Source: Synechocystis sp. PCC 6803 substr. PCC-P
GTDB lineage: Bacteria > Cyanobacteriota > Cyanobacteriia > Cyanobacteriales > Microcystaceae
Reading direction: 5' to 3'
DNA: 32,000 nt
Assembly: GCF_000284455.1 (NCBI RefSeq)
Contig: NC_017039.1
Coordinates: forward strand, 90,001 to 122,000
The stretch's first letter is position 1, and every line of letters starts with the position of its first letter. Below the pieces are notes generated by a model. It made no database searches. It was given only the letters and a program-made list of their open reading frames with translations, and had not been told where the DNA came from. This document shows, one piece after another, positions 9,402-17,653 of this stretch. Made by a program: the position numbers and the translations under genes.

Positions 9402-10793
9402 ATGGTTAGCCTCACCCCCAATCCGAGTTATAGCGTCAGCCTACTGTTGGAACTCCCCAACCACGCCGGAACTTTGGCCAGCGTTACCCAGGCGATCGCC
9501 GATGCGGGGGGCAGTTTTGGGCAAATTTCCCTGATTGAGAGTAACTTAAAACTCACCCGGCGGGAAATTGCGGTGGATGCTTCCAGCAGTGAGCACGCCG
9601 AAAAAATTATTGGGGCAGTGAAAGCTCTGGATAATGTCAAATTGCTGAAGGTGTCCGATCGCACCTTTGATTTACACCGTCAGGGCAAAATTAGCGTGGT
9701 TAGTCGCATTCCCCTCACCTCCCAATCGGATTTGGCCATGGCCTATACCCCAGGGGTGGGGCGCATCTGTCGGGCGATCGCCGAAGATCCGGAAAAGGTT
9801 TATTCCCTGACCATTAAAAGCAATACGGTGGCGGTGGTGACCGATGGCAGTGCGGTGTTGGGGTTGGGTAACCTGGGGCCGGAAGCGGCTTTACCAGTGA
9901 TGGAAGGCAAGGCCATGTTATTCAAGGAATTTGCCCAACTGGACGCTTTTCCCATCTGTTTGGATACCCAGGATACGGAGGAAATTATTCGCACCGTCAA
10001 GGCGATCGCCCCGGTGTTTGGCGGCGTAAATTTGGAAGACATTGCCGCTCCCCGGTGTTTTGAAATTGAAGCCCGGCTGAAAAAAGAATTAAATATTCCT
10101 GTATTTCACGATGATCAGCACGGCACCGCCATTGTTACCCTGGCCGCTTTGTTAAATGCCCTCAAATTTGTTGGTAAAGCCATGGCCGCTGTCCGCATTG
10201 TCATCAACGGCGCTGGGGCTGCTGGGTTGGCGATCGCCGAATTGCTCAAGGAATCCGGAGCCACCGATATTTGGATTTGCGACTCCAAGGGCATTGTGGG
10301 CAAACATCGCACCGATTTAAACAGCAAAAAACAGAGCTTTGCGGTGGATGCGGAAGGGACTTTAGCCGATGCTATGGCTGGAGCTGATGTGTTTTTAGGG
10401 GTGAGTGCGCCGGGGGTAGTGACCAAGGAAATGGTGCAATCCATGGCCAAGGACCCGATTGTGTTTGCCATGGCCAACCCTATCCCCGAAATTCAGCCGG
10501 AATTAATCCAAGAGGATGCGGCGGTTATTGCCACGGGGCGCAGTGATTACCCCAACCAAATTAACAATGTGCTTGCCTTTCCGGGGGTTTTCCGGGGAGC
10601 CATTGACTGTAGAGCTAGCATTATTACCACCACCATGTGCATCGAAGCGGCCAAGGCGATCGCCTCTTTGGTGCACAGCAACACCCTAGATAGTGAGCAT
10701 ATTATTCCTTCGGTTTTTGACAATCGGGTCGCCACTACCGTAGCCAGTGCAGTGCAGTTGGCCGCCCGCAATGAAGGGGTGGCCGGTCAATAG
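9402..10793 (+). CDS. NAD(P)-dependent malic enzyme with N-terminal ACT-like domain
   Basis: It carries the motifs AMAYTPGVGRIC, VVTDGSAVLGLGNLG, FGGVNLEDIAAPRCF, VFHDDQHGTAIV and the dinucleotide fold INGAGAAGLAI. Confidence 0.9.
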   Translation: MVSLTPNPSYSVSLLLELPNHAGTLASVTQAIADAGGSFGQISLIESNLKLTRREIAVDASSSEHAEKIIGAVKALDNVKLLKVSDRTFDLHRQGKISVVSRIPLTSQSDLAMAYTPGVGRICRAIAEDPEKVYSLTIKSNTVAVVTDGSAVLGLGNLGPEAALPVMEGKAMLFKEFAQLDAFPICLDTQDTEEIIRTVKAIAPVFGGVNLEDIAAPRCFEIEARLKKELNIPVFHDDQHGTAIVTLAALLNALKFVGKAMAAVRIVINGAGAAGLAIAELLKESGATDIWICDSKGIVGKHRTDLNSKKQSFAVDAEGTLADAMAGADVFLGVSAPGVVTKEMVQSMAKDPIVFAMANPIPEIQPELIQEDAAVIATGRSDYPNQINNVLAFPGVFRGAIDCRASIITTTMCIEAAKAIASLVHSNTLDSEHIIPSVFDNRVATTVASAVQLAARNEGVAGQ

Positions 10794-11771
10794 TTAATCG
10801 GGAATTGTTAAACCTTTACTGGTCAACCATTCCTGATTGTAAAGACGGGATTGGTAACGGGCTCCTCCGTCACAAAGTACGGTAACAATGGTATGCCCCG
10901 GCCCAAGTTTTTTGGCCAATTGGTAAGCCGCTCCCACATTAATGCCCACGGAACCGCCCATAAATAGGCCATCCCGCCGCAGAAGTTGGTACACCACCCG
11001 CAACGCTTCTGGATCGTCAATTTGCACCGCATCGTCAATGGGCACATTTTCCATGTTGGCGGTGATGCGACTGTTGCCAATGCCTTCGGTGATGGAGTTG
11101 CCGCTGGGGTTAATCTCCCCAGTTTTGATGAAGCTATACAGCCCACTACCCATGGGGTCCGCCACCACGCATTGCACGGCCTCAGACTGTTCTTTAAGAT
11201 ACAGGGCTACCCCTGCATAGGTTCCTCCGGTGCCAGTGGCTGCCACCCAAGCATCTACTTTGCCGTCCGTTTGTTGCCAAATTTCGGGGCCGGTGGTGTG
11301 GTAGTGGGCATCACGGTTGGCCAAATTATCAAATTGATTGGCCCAAATGGCGTTATCTAATTCTGCGGCAATGCGTCCGGAGAGTTTGACGTAATTGTTG
11401 GGATCCCGGTAGGGCACGGCGGGCACGGTCCTGACTTCTGCCCCCAGGGTGCGGAGCAAATCAATTTTTTCCTGGGATTGGGTGTCGGGAATGACAATTA
11501 AGCATTTATAACCCTTGGCGTTGCAAATGTGGGCGAGACCAATGCCCGTATTACCCGCTGTGCCTTCCACCACAGTGCCACCGGGTTTGAGCTTCCCTTC
11601 CTTTTCGGCGGTTTCGATGATGCCCAGGGCGGCCCGGTCTTTGACAGAACCACCAGGGTTCATAAATTCTGCTTTGCCTAAAATTTCACAGCCGGTTTCG
11701 TCACTGAAACTGTTAAGGCGAATCAAGGGGGTGTGGCCAATGGAGTCCACAAAGCCGTGCTTAATATCCAT
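10794..11771 (-). CDS. PLP-dependent cysteine synthase / CBS-family enzyme
   Basis: The PLP-lysine motif is NPGGSVKDRAA, with a glycine loop ATGTGGTYAG and SITEGIG. The start is taken at ATG 11771 (MDIKHGF...). The track start at TTG 11795 is the alternative. Its stop abuts the malic enzyme stop (TAG 10791-10793, then TTA 10794-10796). Confidence 0.85.
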   Translation of the reverse strand: MDIKHGFVDSIGHTPLIRLNSFSDETGCEILGKAEFMNPGGSVKDRAALGIIETAEKEGKLKPGGTVVEGTAGNTGIGLAHICNAKGYKCLIVIPDTQSQEKIDLLRTLGAEVRTVPAVPYRDPNNYVKLSGRIAAELDNAIWANQFDNLANRDAHYHTTGPEIWQQTDGKVDAWVAATGTGGTYAGVALYLKEQSEAVQCVVADPMGSGLYSFIKTGEINPSGNSITEGIGNSRITANMENVPIDDAVQIDDPEALRVVYQLLRRDGLFMGGSVGINVGAAYQLAKKLGPGHTIVTVLCDGGARYQSRLYNQEWLTSKGLTIPD

Positions 11772-11883
11772 GCTGAGTTGAGGTAAGGCGGTCAAGCGGG
11801 GGTTAAAACCCTGTTAGGTTATCCTACCCCAGGGAGGATGGGCTGATGTAGGGGGAATTTCTGCCGCAATTGATTGATCCAGG

Positions 11884-12831
11884 TCAATTATTCATAATTT
11901 GGATGCCGTGGCCGATGGTGTGGGTTAGCCAAAAATCCACGTCGGGGTCGTTTAATTTTTCTTTGGCGATCGCCAGGACCTGTTCCGCTTCTGCTTGCTC
12001 CCGGCAAAGGGTAAACACGCTGGGGCCGGAGCCGGACATCATGGTGCCCAATCCCCCCGCTGACTGTAGGACCTGACGTAACTGGGCTACAGGCTGATGA
12101 GCCGGGAGCACAACTTTTTCTAAATCGTTGTGGATATGGCTGGCGATTTGCCCTGGGTTGCGGTGCTGAATGCCCTGGAGTAGGGGCCCTGCATGGATGG
12201 TTTTCCGCCGGGCTCGCTGGGACTGGTCATCGTTTAGGTAATTCTTGCCAAACTTTTGACGATAGGTTTGGTAAGCCCAGGGGGTAGAAACTTCTATGGA
12301 ACGATGTTTGGCCAATACCACCCAGAAGCAATTGCCGTCCGGTAAGGGGTCGAGGATTTCCCCCCGTCCCGTGGCGATCGCCGTGCCACCGCCAATGCAA
12401 AAGGGAATGTCGGAACCCAGTTGGGCCGCTAACTGTTCTAATTCCGGCCTGGTTAAGCCTAAATTCCAGAGCAGGTCTAAACCGACTAACACCGCCGCTG
12501 CATCGGCCGAGCCCCCCGCTAAGCCCGCCGCCATGGGAATATGCTTGGTCAAGGTGATATCTACGCCGCCGTAATTATCATGGGCTTGGGGAAAATTGTT
12601 AATCATCAACTGGGCCGCTCGGTAGGCCAAATTGGTGGCATCGTTGGCCAAGGGACTATCCCCACAACTGAGCCGGATGTCATCGGTGCCGTTGGCCCGC
12701 ACGGTAATTTTATCCCCCAGGGCAATGCTCTGCAACACCATTACCAATTCGTGGAAACCGTCGGGGCGATCGCCAAGAATTTCGAGGAAAAGATTAATTT
12801 TGGCCGGGGCATGGAGGGTGTAGGAATGCAT
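11884..12831 (-). CDS. ispE: 4-diphosphocytidyl-2-C-methyl-D-erythritol kinase
   Basis: The N-terminus [11 protein letters not shown] carries the catalytic Lys, and the GHMP-kinase loop reads [16 protein letters not shown]. Confidence 0.9.
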   Translation of the reverse strand: MHSYTLHAPAKINLFLEILGDRPDGFHELVMVLQSIALGDKITVRANGTDDIRLSCGDSPLANDATNLAYRAAQLMINNFPQAHDNYGGVDITLTKHIPMAAGLAGGSADAAAVLVGLDLLWNLGLTRPELEQLAAQLGSDIPFCIGGGTAIATGRGEILDPLPDGNCFWVVLAKHRSIEVSTPWAYQTYRQKFGKNYLNDDQSQRARRKTIHAGPLLQGIQHRNPGQIASHIHNDLEKVVLPAHQPVAQLRQVLQSAGGLGTMMSGSGPSVFTLCREQAEAEQVLAIAKEKLNDPDVDFWLTHTIGHGIQIMNN

Positions 12832-12921
12832 TAAGTTGGGGGTGAAAGAGGGGCAATAAATCAGTTAAATCTAACCACTCAAGTTATCGCCTAACATTTT
12901 ACGGCGATTGGCGAATCCTAA
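12768..12921. repeat. Left copy of the ksgA/ispE-junction direct repeat (154 bp)
   Basis: Positions 12768-12831 (the real ispE 5' end) match 17408-17471 at 62 of 64 nt. Positions 12832-12921 align to the ksgA 3' end (17472-17653) with about 80% identity over the first ~50 nt, a 1-nt indel, a deletion of about 92 nt, and then 37 of 39 identity (GTTATCGCCTAACATTTTACGGCGATTGGCGAATCCTAA). Confidence 0.9.
12832..12921 (-). pseudogene. Decayed 3'-terminal fragment of ksgA/rsmA
   Basis: Read on the minus strand it gives ...GFANRRKML...[10 protein letters not shown]..., compared with the intact ksgA C-terminus GFANRRKMLRNNLKG...EQWLELTNLLPTFLPPT*. It is frameshifted and internally deleted. It still ends in TAATG, overlapping the ispE start. 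Confidence 0.8.
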
Positions 12922-12929
12922 TTTGATCT

Positions 12930-15110
12930 TTATTTTTTGTCCTTAATAATTATATTCAAGATCTCTGGAAGAGTAAAATAAATATAGTAAAGAATTGGCG
13001 TGCCAACAACATCTATTGTCCCAAAATTACGACATAAATCAGAGTTGGGTATTTTAAGTTGAGGAACTTGAATCGGAGTGGAATCAATATGAAAAGTTAT
13101 ACACCATTTAACTTTAATTTTTAATTTTCTATGTTCATCTCTATCTTCTTCTTTTTCTCCCAAATCATAAAATAAATTGTCGTAAAAATAGTCTATATTT
13201 ATTTTATTAAATTCTTTACCAATAATACTTTGTGAATATGGAAAATAAGATTCCATAAGATTTGGAATATCCACTTGAATTTCTTTGAAAAAGATTTCTA
13301 CTTGTTCAAGAATATAAGTCCTGGCATTTTTTCTTTGCGCCTCATTTTGGAAAGTAATCAAAGGAATATAATTGCTTTTTAAGTCTTCATTTTCGAATAA
13401 AATAATTTCTTTTTTTTTAACTGAAGCATGAGCATTATTTTTTCGAAATTGGTAATAATTCTTCTCACGAATTGGGCTATCAAAGTCTGATGCCTCAGTA
13501 ATACCCAAATAAATATTTTGTATTGCAACAAAATTTGCCTTAAATATTTGAATACCTCTAATGTGAAATCTGTCCTCCATAATTCCCAGAAAATTACTCT
13601 CAGATTCGAGTTTGTCAACATAATAAAAAGGAATAAAAAAGTAATTTCCGATAGTGGCTTGAGGAAAAACTTGTTGCAATGCTAATTCATAACCAAGTTG
13701 TTTTTCCAAAGCTACTCTGTACCCTTTATCAGTTTCTTCTAAAGATTTATTTTCATAATCTTCATATTTTTTTAAAGAAATATTCTTAAAATCCACAATT
13801 GCAAAGTAACTTGAATCTTCATTTTTAGTAACAGTAACTAGGTCTGGCTGTGGATATCGACGCAACTGATTGGGGTAATCTGATCTAGTCACTTTATATT
13901 TCACGTCAGGAAAGATTCTCGCCTTTAAATCCCATTCAATACAGAATAATTCTCGCCAATAGAGTGGCTTGTAATTATTGGGATGGTCAACTTCAGACTG
14001 TTTTTTTTGATATAGCCACTGATTACTAGATTTATTTTTCCACCAACCAACTCTATTTTGTTCGCTTTCTGGTCTATGATGTTTAGAATTTCTAATTCTA
14101 TTATTTTTATAGCCTACTATCGGAATATCAGTATCTGCAAAGCCAATTTTATTAAAATCATTCTGAATAGGGTTAAAGTTCTTCTTAAAGAAGTAAGTTT
14201 GACACATATCTTCCCAAACATAATCAAAACCTTGTTCTCCTTGTATTCCCCAAAAATCGCCATCATCTAAGTTTGGGTTTAATCCCCCATACAAAAAAAT
14301 CTCGATAGCTTCATATAGCCCCCAATAATCAGCATCTTTATAATGCGTATTTCTATCTATATTATCAAGAGCCTCTTTGCAAATTGAAAGAGTTTCTTCA
14401 AAAGTATCTTGGTCAAAAAGAGAATGATTAATAGTTAAATAGTGATCTCTAAATCTTTGAGATAAAAATTGAATATCCTGACTTCTATCATAAATATGAT
14501 CAAGTACATCTTCCTGCAATTGTTGAATAATTTCATCGAGAATAAAACAATAAAGATCAACTATATCGGTGCTTTCATGACTTATCATTGAACGCGGTAA
14601 GTTCATAACATCGATATAAATTGCTCCATTATTTAAATAAATAGCTCTATCTAAATATTTATAAATTTTAGAATAGTCTATTTCTTCACTGCGTCGAGCT
14701 TTTTTTTCGATAGAATTGAGCGCCAAATCATCATAAGCCTCTAATATTCGTTCAATCATCGAAAGTTTACTGTATAAAATACACTCGCTTGCCTCTTTAT
14801 AGTCTAAACTAATACCACCCGTGCTTAAATTGACCTGGTCTTGGTTTTTCTTGTTTTTAGCATCTTTTCTTGTGACTCTTGAATTATTCTCATTATCACG
14901 ATCAAACTTCCTTAGTGTTCGATACATCAAAAAGAAAGAATCACGGACTTTATTGAATTTGTCGGTATCTTCAGAAGTAGCTGCATTTTGATATTTATCA
15001 ATAAAATTGTCAAAACCTTTTGGTAAATAAAAAGCATATCCATCAGGTTCAGATTTAATACCTACAAAGTCTGAGTTTGTTTTTAGATTAAGTTGCGAAA
15101 AGTTCCACAT
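12930..15110 (-). CDS. McrC/LlaJI-R2-like PD-(D/E)xK nuclease subunit, unusually long (726 aa)
   Basis: It lies 40 nt downstream of the McrB-like gene. The nuclease core elements are the helix GFDYVWE300DM, the strand QPD423LVTV and the motif AIVD440FK442N, followed by ALEKQLGYELAL. This matches the McrC pattern E...PD...(D/E)xK...Q..Y. About 120 aa of basic insert lie between E300 and D423, and about 250 aa after the core have no motif I recognise. Confidence 0.6.
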   Translation of the reverse strand: MWNFSQLNLKTNSDFVGIKSEPDGYAFYLPKGFDNFIDKYQNAATSEDTDKFNKVRDSFFLMYRTLRKFDRDNENNSRVTRKDAKNKKNQDQVNLSTGGISLDYKEASECILYSKLSMIERILEAYDDLALNSIEKKARRSEEIDYSKIYKYLDRAIYLNNGAIYIDVMNLPRSMISHESTDIVDLYCFILDEIIQQLQEDVLDHIYDRSQDIQFLSQRFRDHYLTINHSLFDQDTFEETLSICKEALDNIDRNTHYKDADYWGLYEAIEIFLYGGLNPNLDDGDFWGIQGEQGFDYVWEDMCQTYFFKKNFNPIQNDFNKIGFADTDIPIVGYKNNRIRNSKHHRPESEQNRVGWWKNKSSNQWLYQKKQSEVDHPNNYKPLYWRELFCIEWDLKARIFPDVKYKVTRSDYPNQLRRYPQPDLVTVTKNEDSSYFAIVDFKNISLKKYEDYENKSLEETDKGYRVALEKQLGYELALQQVFPQATIGNYFFIPFYYVDKLESESNFLGIMEDRFHIRGIQIFKANFVAIQNIYLGITEASDFDSPIREKNYYQFRKNNAHASVKKKEIILFENEDLKSNYIPLITFQNEAQRKNARTYILEQVEIFFKEIQVDIPNLMESYFPYSQSIIGKEFNKINIDYFYDNLFYDLGEKEEDRDEHRKLKIKVKWCITFHIDSTPIQVPQLKIPNSDLCRNFGTIDVVGTPILYYIYFTLPEILNIIIKDKK

Positions 15111-15150
15111 AATATGTAAATAAAACTATTCAATGAAAAGAAAACTTAGA

Positions 15151-16539
15151 TTATTTTGATTGATAATTTATGAGATTCATTACAAAAGCTTCATGATGTG
15201 TAATAAAGTCTCCAAAAGTTACTAATTTTTTATCATTTTTGTTAAATCCTAAAAGTTCTCGAAGTGGATTTTTGTCTCGGTTAAAAACACTATCCCAAAC
15301 AAAAAACATCAATTTATTTTTTATTTGATCTTCTGTAACTATTGCTGTATTTATGAAATGATAGCCTATTTGCATATCTTCTATTCTGCCACTTCTCACA
15401 GAATTATGATTATCTTTAATGAAGTTGTTAAATTTTTCTACTAAATCTGTCCACTTTAAATTAACATTTCCATAATCTATTAAAATAACATTATTTATTT
15501 CTTGATCATTATCTTGTTTCCAATCTACGTATTCCCACTCCCAACGTCTTTTAAAGGCATTATCCATAAAATATATAGAATTATCAGAAGTATTCATTGT
15601 TCCAAAAATGGAAAGATTGTAAGGAATACGAATTGAACTACCTACTGCTGTATTAACTTTTACTTTAATTTTAATTTCCTCAAATACAGTAAATTTTTCT
15701 AGCACGTTAGACGAACCTTTATTTTGATATTTGTATGTAGGATTACCATCATCTATTCCCGTTTGTTGAAAGCCTATTAGTTCAACCATTTTTCTAAATT
15801 CTAAATCGGAAATATTAATACCATAAGCTGACCAACCATCTCGACCTCGATCTAAAAGTTGAAAAACTGTCCCAAAAATTGCAGAAGAATTACCTCGATT
15901 AATTTCATCAATTACTAAGGCAACGTTTTGAGCTTGTACACCTTCCTTCTGAGCAATGATAATATTTTTATACGCTTGTGCTAGTGCCTTCAAAAAATGT
16001 CCTTCATAAAATTGATAATAAACACTCTTATCTTTATCATCATTCATAGTCATTGGCATTAATTTTCCCATAAAATCGCCATAGGTGTATTCGGGATGAA
16101 AAACAGTCTTAATTAAATTTTCAGGATGAATATTTTTATCAATACCTAAAACTTGTTTAACAATTCCACCATCATCATCATTAGAAATCTTATGGCTTTT
16201 GCCAGTACCAGGACAACCGAAAAATATTTTTTGAATTGGACTATTCATAACTTTGTAATGACCTTTGCTTTTATCATTGCCTTGATGCTGCAAGCGATCA
16301 AGTAAATCTAATAACTGTTCATCAGTAAGTTTATCGCGGACTATTTGCCCGTAAGTCTTGCGAATATAGTTGTACTGCTCTGATTGCCTCCATCTTAAAC
16401 GTTCAAACTCTTTATTGGTTTTAGCTATAAAATCTCTCCGCTTAAGAGATTCAAAATCTTCCATAGTTTCGTATGGTTGTTGCTTTTGTAGATCCGTTTT
16501 GAGCCACTTACTTAATATAATATTACTCACATTCCGCAC
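15151..16539 (-). CDS. McrB-family AAA+ GTPase subunit (AAA_5/McrB-like)
   Basis: Walker A is FFGCPGTGKSH (16195-16218), followed by the McrB signature FHPEYTYGDFMG and Walker B LVIDEINRGN. GTMNTSD is the NxxD GTP-specificity motif (NTAD in McrB). FKRRW is the Arg finger region, and IGYHF is also present. The start is ambiguous (GTG 16539, GTG 16530, ATG 16464). The ~100-aa N-terminal region is short, helical and lacks any reader domain I recognise. Confidence 0.8.
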   Translation of the reverse strand: MRNVSNIILSKWLKTDLQKQQPYETMEDFESLKRRDFIAKTNKEFERLRWRQSEQYNYIRKTYGQIVRDKLTDEQLLDLLDRLQHQGNDKSKGHYKVMNSPIQKIFFGCPGTGKSHKISNDDDGGIVKQVLGIDKNIHPENLIKTVFHPEYTYGDFMGKLMPMTMNDDKDKSVYYQFYEGHFLKALAQAYKNIIIAQKEGVQAQNVALVIDEINRGNSSAIFGTVFQLLDRGRDGWSAYGINISDLEFRKMVELIGFQQTGIDDGNPTYKYQNKGSSNVLEKFTVFEEIKIKVKVNTAVGSSIRIPYNLSIFGTMNTSDNSIYFMDNAFKRRWEWEYVDWKQDNDQEINNVILIDYGNVNLKWTDLVEKFNNFIKDNHNSVRSGRIEDMQIGYHFINTAIVTEDQIKNKLMFFVWDSVFNRDKNPLRELLGFNKNDKKLVTFGDFITHHEAFVMNLINYQSK

Positions 16540-16744
16540 ACGCTATATGGAGCGTAGCAGTATAAATAAATGCGCAGTAAACACAGTATAAGCAAAAACT
16601 ATTGCGCTATCAATAGCAGCAATCTGCGAAATGTCAGTATTAGTGAATAATTATTCATATTATATCTAAAAAGGTTATCCCACACAACAAAAAATGGGTA
16701 GTTATTAACCACCCTTCAAATCTATAATCAACCTACAGCGGTCA

Positions 16745-17208
16745 TGCTTTCCATCTGGTATACCAAAGTCATTGTAAAACAGTGGTTACAGGCATTTTAT
16801 ATGTGCCTAACTAATAGGGTATCCGCTGTATCCCTCTTCCGTCAAACCAAGAGAGATATTTTAGGATTAATTATTGAAAGTGCCTAATCGTAAGACTTTC
16901 AGAACTTGGCACTTGGTTTGCCCCCCTCTGGCAGTGCCTACAATTGATATGGACTGATAGCGCCTTTGTCGGAAAAGATTTTATCTAGTGGGTGGAGCAG
17001 ACCTTGGGCTGGAACTTTGGAAGTCGTCAGCAAAAAAGACGGGCAGAAGGGCTTCGAGATTTTACCGCGACGTTGGGTCGTTGAACGTACCTTTTCTTGG
17101 TTTGGTCACTATCGTCGTTTAAGTAAAGACTATGAATATTTACCTAACACTAGTGAGACAATGCTTTATTTCGCTATGATCAGTCTCATGCTCCGGAGGC
17201 TTGCCTAA
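16745..17208 (+). pseudogene. Decayed C-terminal remnant of an IS4/IS5-superfamily DDE transposase
   Basis: The intact tail reads [64 protein letters not shown], which fits the classic [16 protein letters not shown] family signature. Upstream pieces lie in other frames and include an in-frame stop ([28 protein letters not shown]). The N-terminal two-thirds is missing. The left limit is approximate. Confidence 0.7.
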
Positions 17209-17381
17209 AACTTTTCAAACACTTTCTAAAGCATTTTTAACAGAATCGTGGAAAATATCTTTGGCTGGCATAGGTTGCTAGAATTTAATTCTAATCTATT
17301 CGAAAAGCTGGATTAAAGATCCCATAAGTGTAAGAACTACAAACATAAATCTAAAACTTTCTAGCAAAACTTGATCCGCCG

Positions 17382-17471
17382 TCAGTGATACCCATAATTT
17401 GCTTGGTGATCGCCAAGAATTTCGAGGAAAAGATTAATTTTGTCTGGGGCATGGAGGGTGTAGGAATGCAT
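17382..17471 (-). pseudogene. Truncated duplicate of the ispE 5' end (29-codon [24 protein letters not shown]...)
   Basis: Its ATG (17471-17469) overlaps the ksgA stop as TAATG. The first 21 codons match real ispE except for A-to-D in APAKINL. The frame then runs into island sequence and stops at TGA 17384-17382. Confidence 0.8.
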
Positions 17472-17653
17472 TAGGTTGGGGGTAAAAAAGTCGGCAACAA
17501 ATTAGTTAACTCTAACCATTGTTCTAGGCTTAAGTCTTCCGCCCGGGCAGTGCTCGGCAAAGCTAACTGCTCCAATAAAGTAGTCAACTGTTCCGGGGCA
17601 ATTAATCCCTTGAGGTTATTGCGTAACATTTTACGGCGATTGGCGAATCCTAA
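17408..17653. repeat. Right copy of the ksgA/ispE-junction direct repeat (246 bp)
   Basis: See the left copy. This copy comprises the ispE' fragment (17408-17471) plus the intact last ~182 nt of ksgA. Confidence 0.9.

Larger units (their letters stand above)
12922..17407. mobile_element. AT-rich genomic island (about 4.5 kb) inserted in the ksgA/ispE junction
   Basis: Base composition drops abruptly to roughly 30% GC by eye, immediately after ...GCGAATCCTAA at 12921 and until just before GATCGCCAAG at 17408. There is no HIP1 site inside. The island is flanked by the direct repeats above. Its cargo is two long minus-strand ORFs and a transposase remnant. I see no integrase. Confidence 0.8.

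Noticed and set aside
16370-16591. 73-aa plus-strand ORF antisense to the 5' end of the McrB-like gene
   Set aside because: It overlaps the well-supported minus-strand gene, has no motif, and uses an alternative start. I treat it as spurious, although an antisense RNA here cannot be excluded.
12918-17400. Shared 7-mer TAATTTG at both inner edges of island 1 (12918-12924 and 17394-17400)
   Set aside because: The 7-mer is too short and AT-rich to distinguish from chance. It is not proposed as a target-site duplication.
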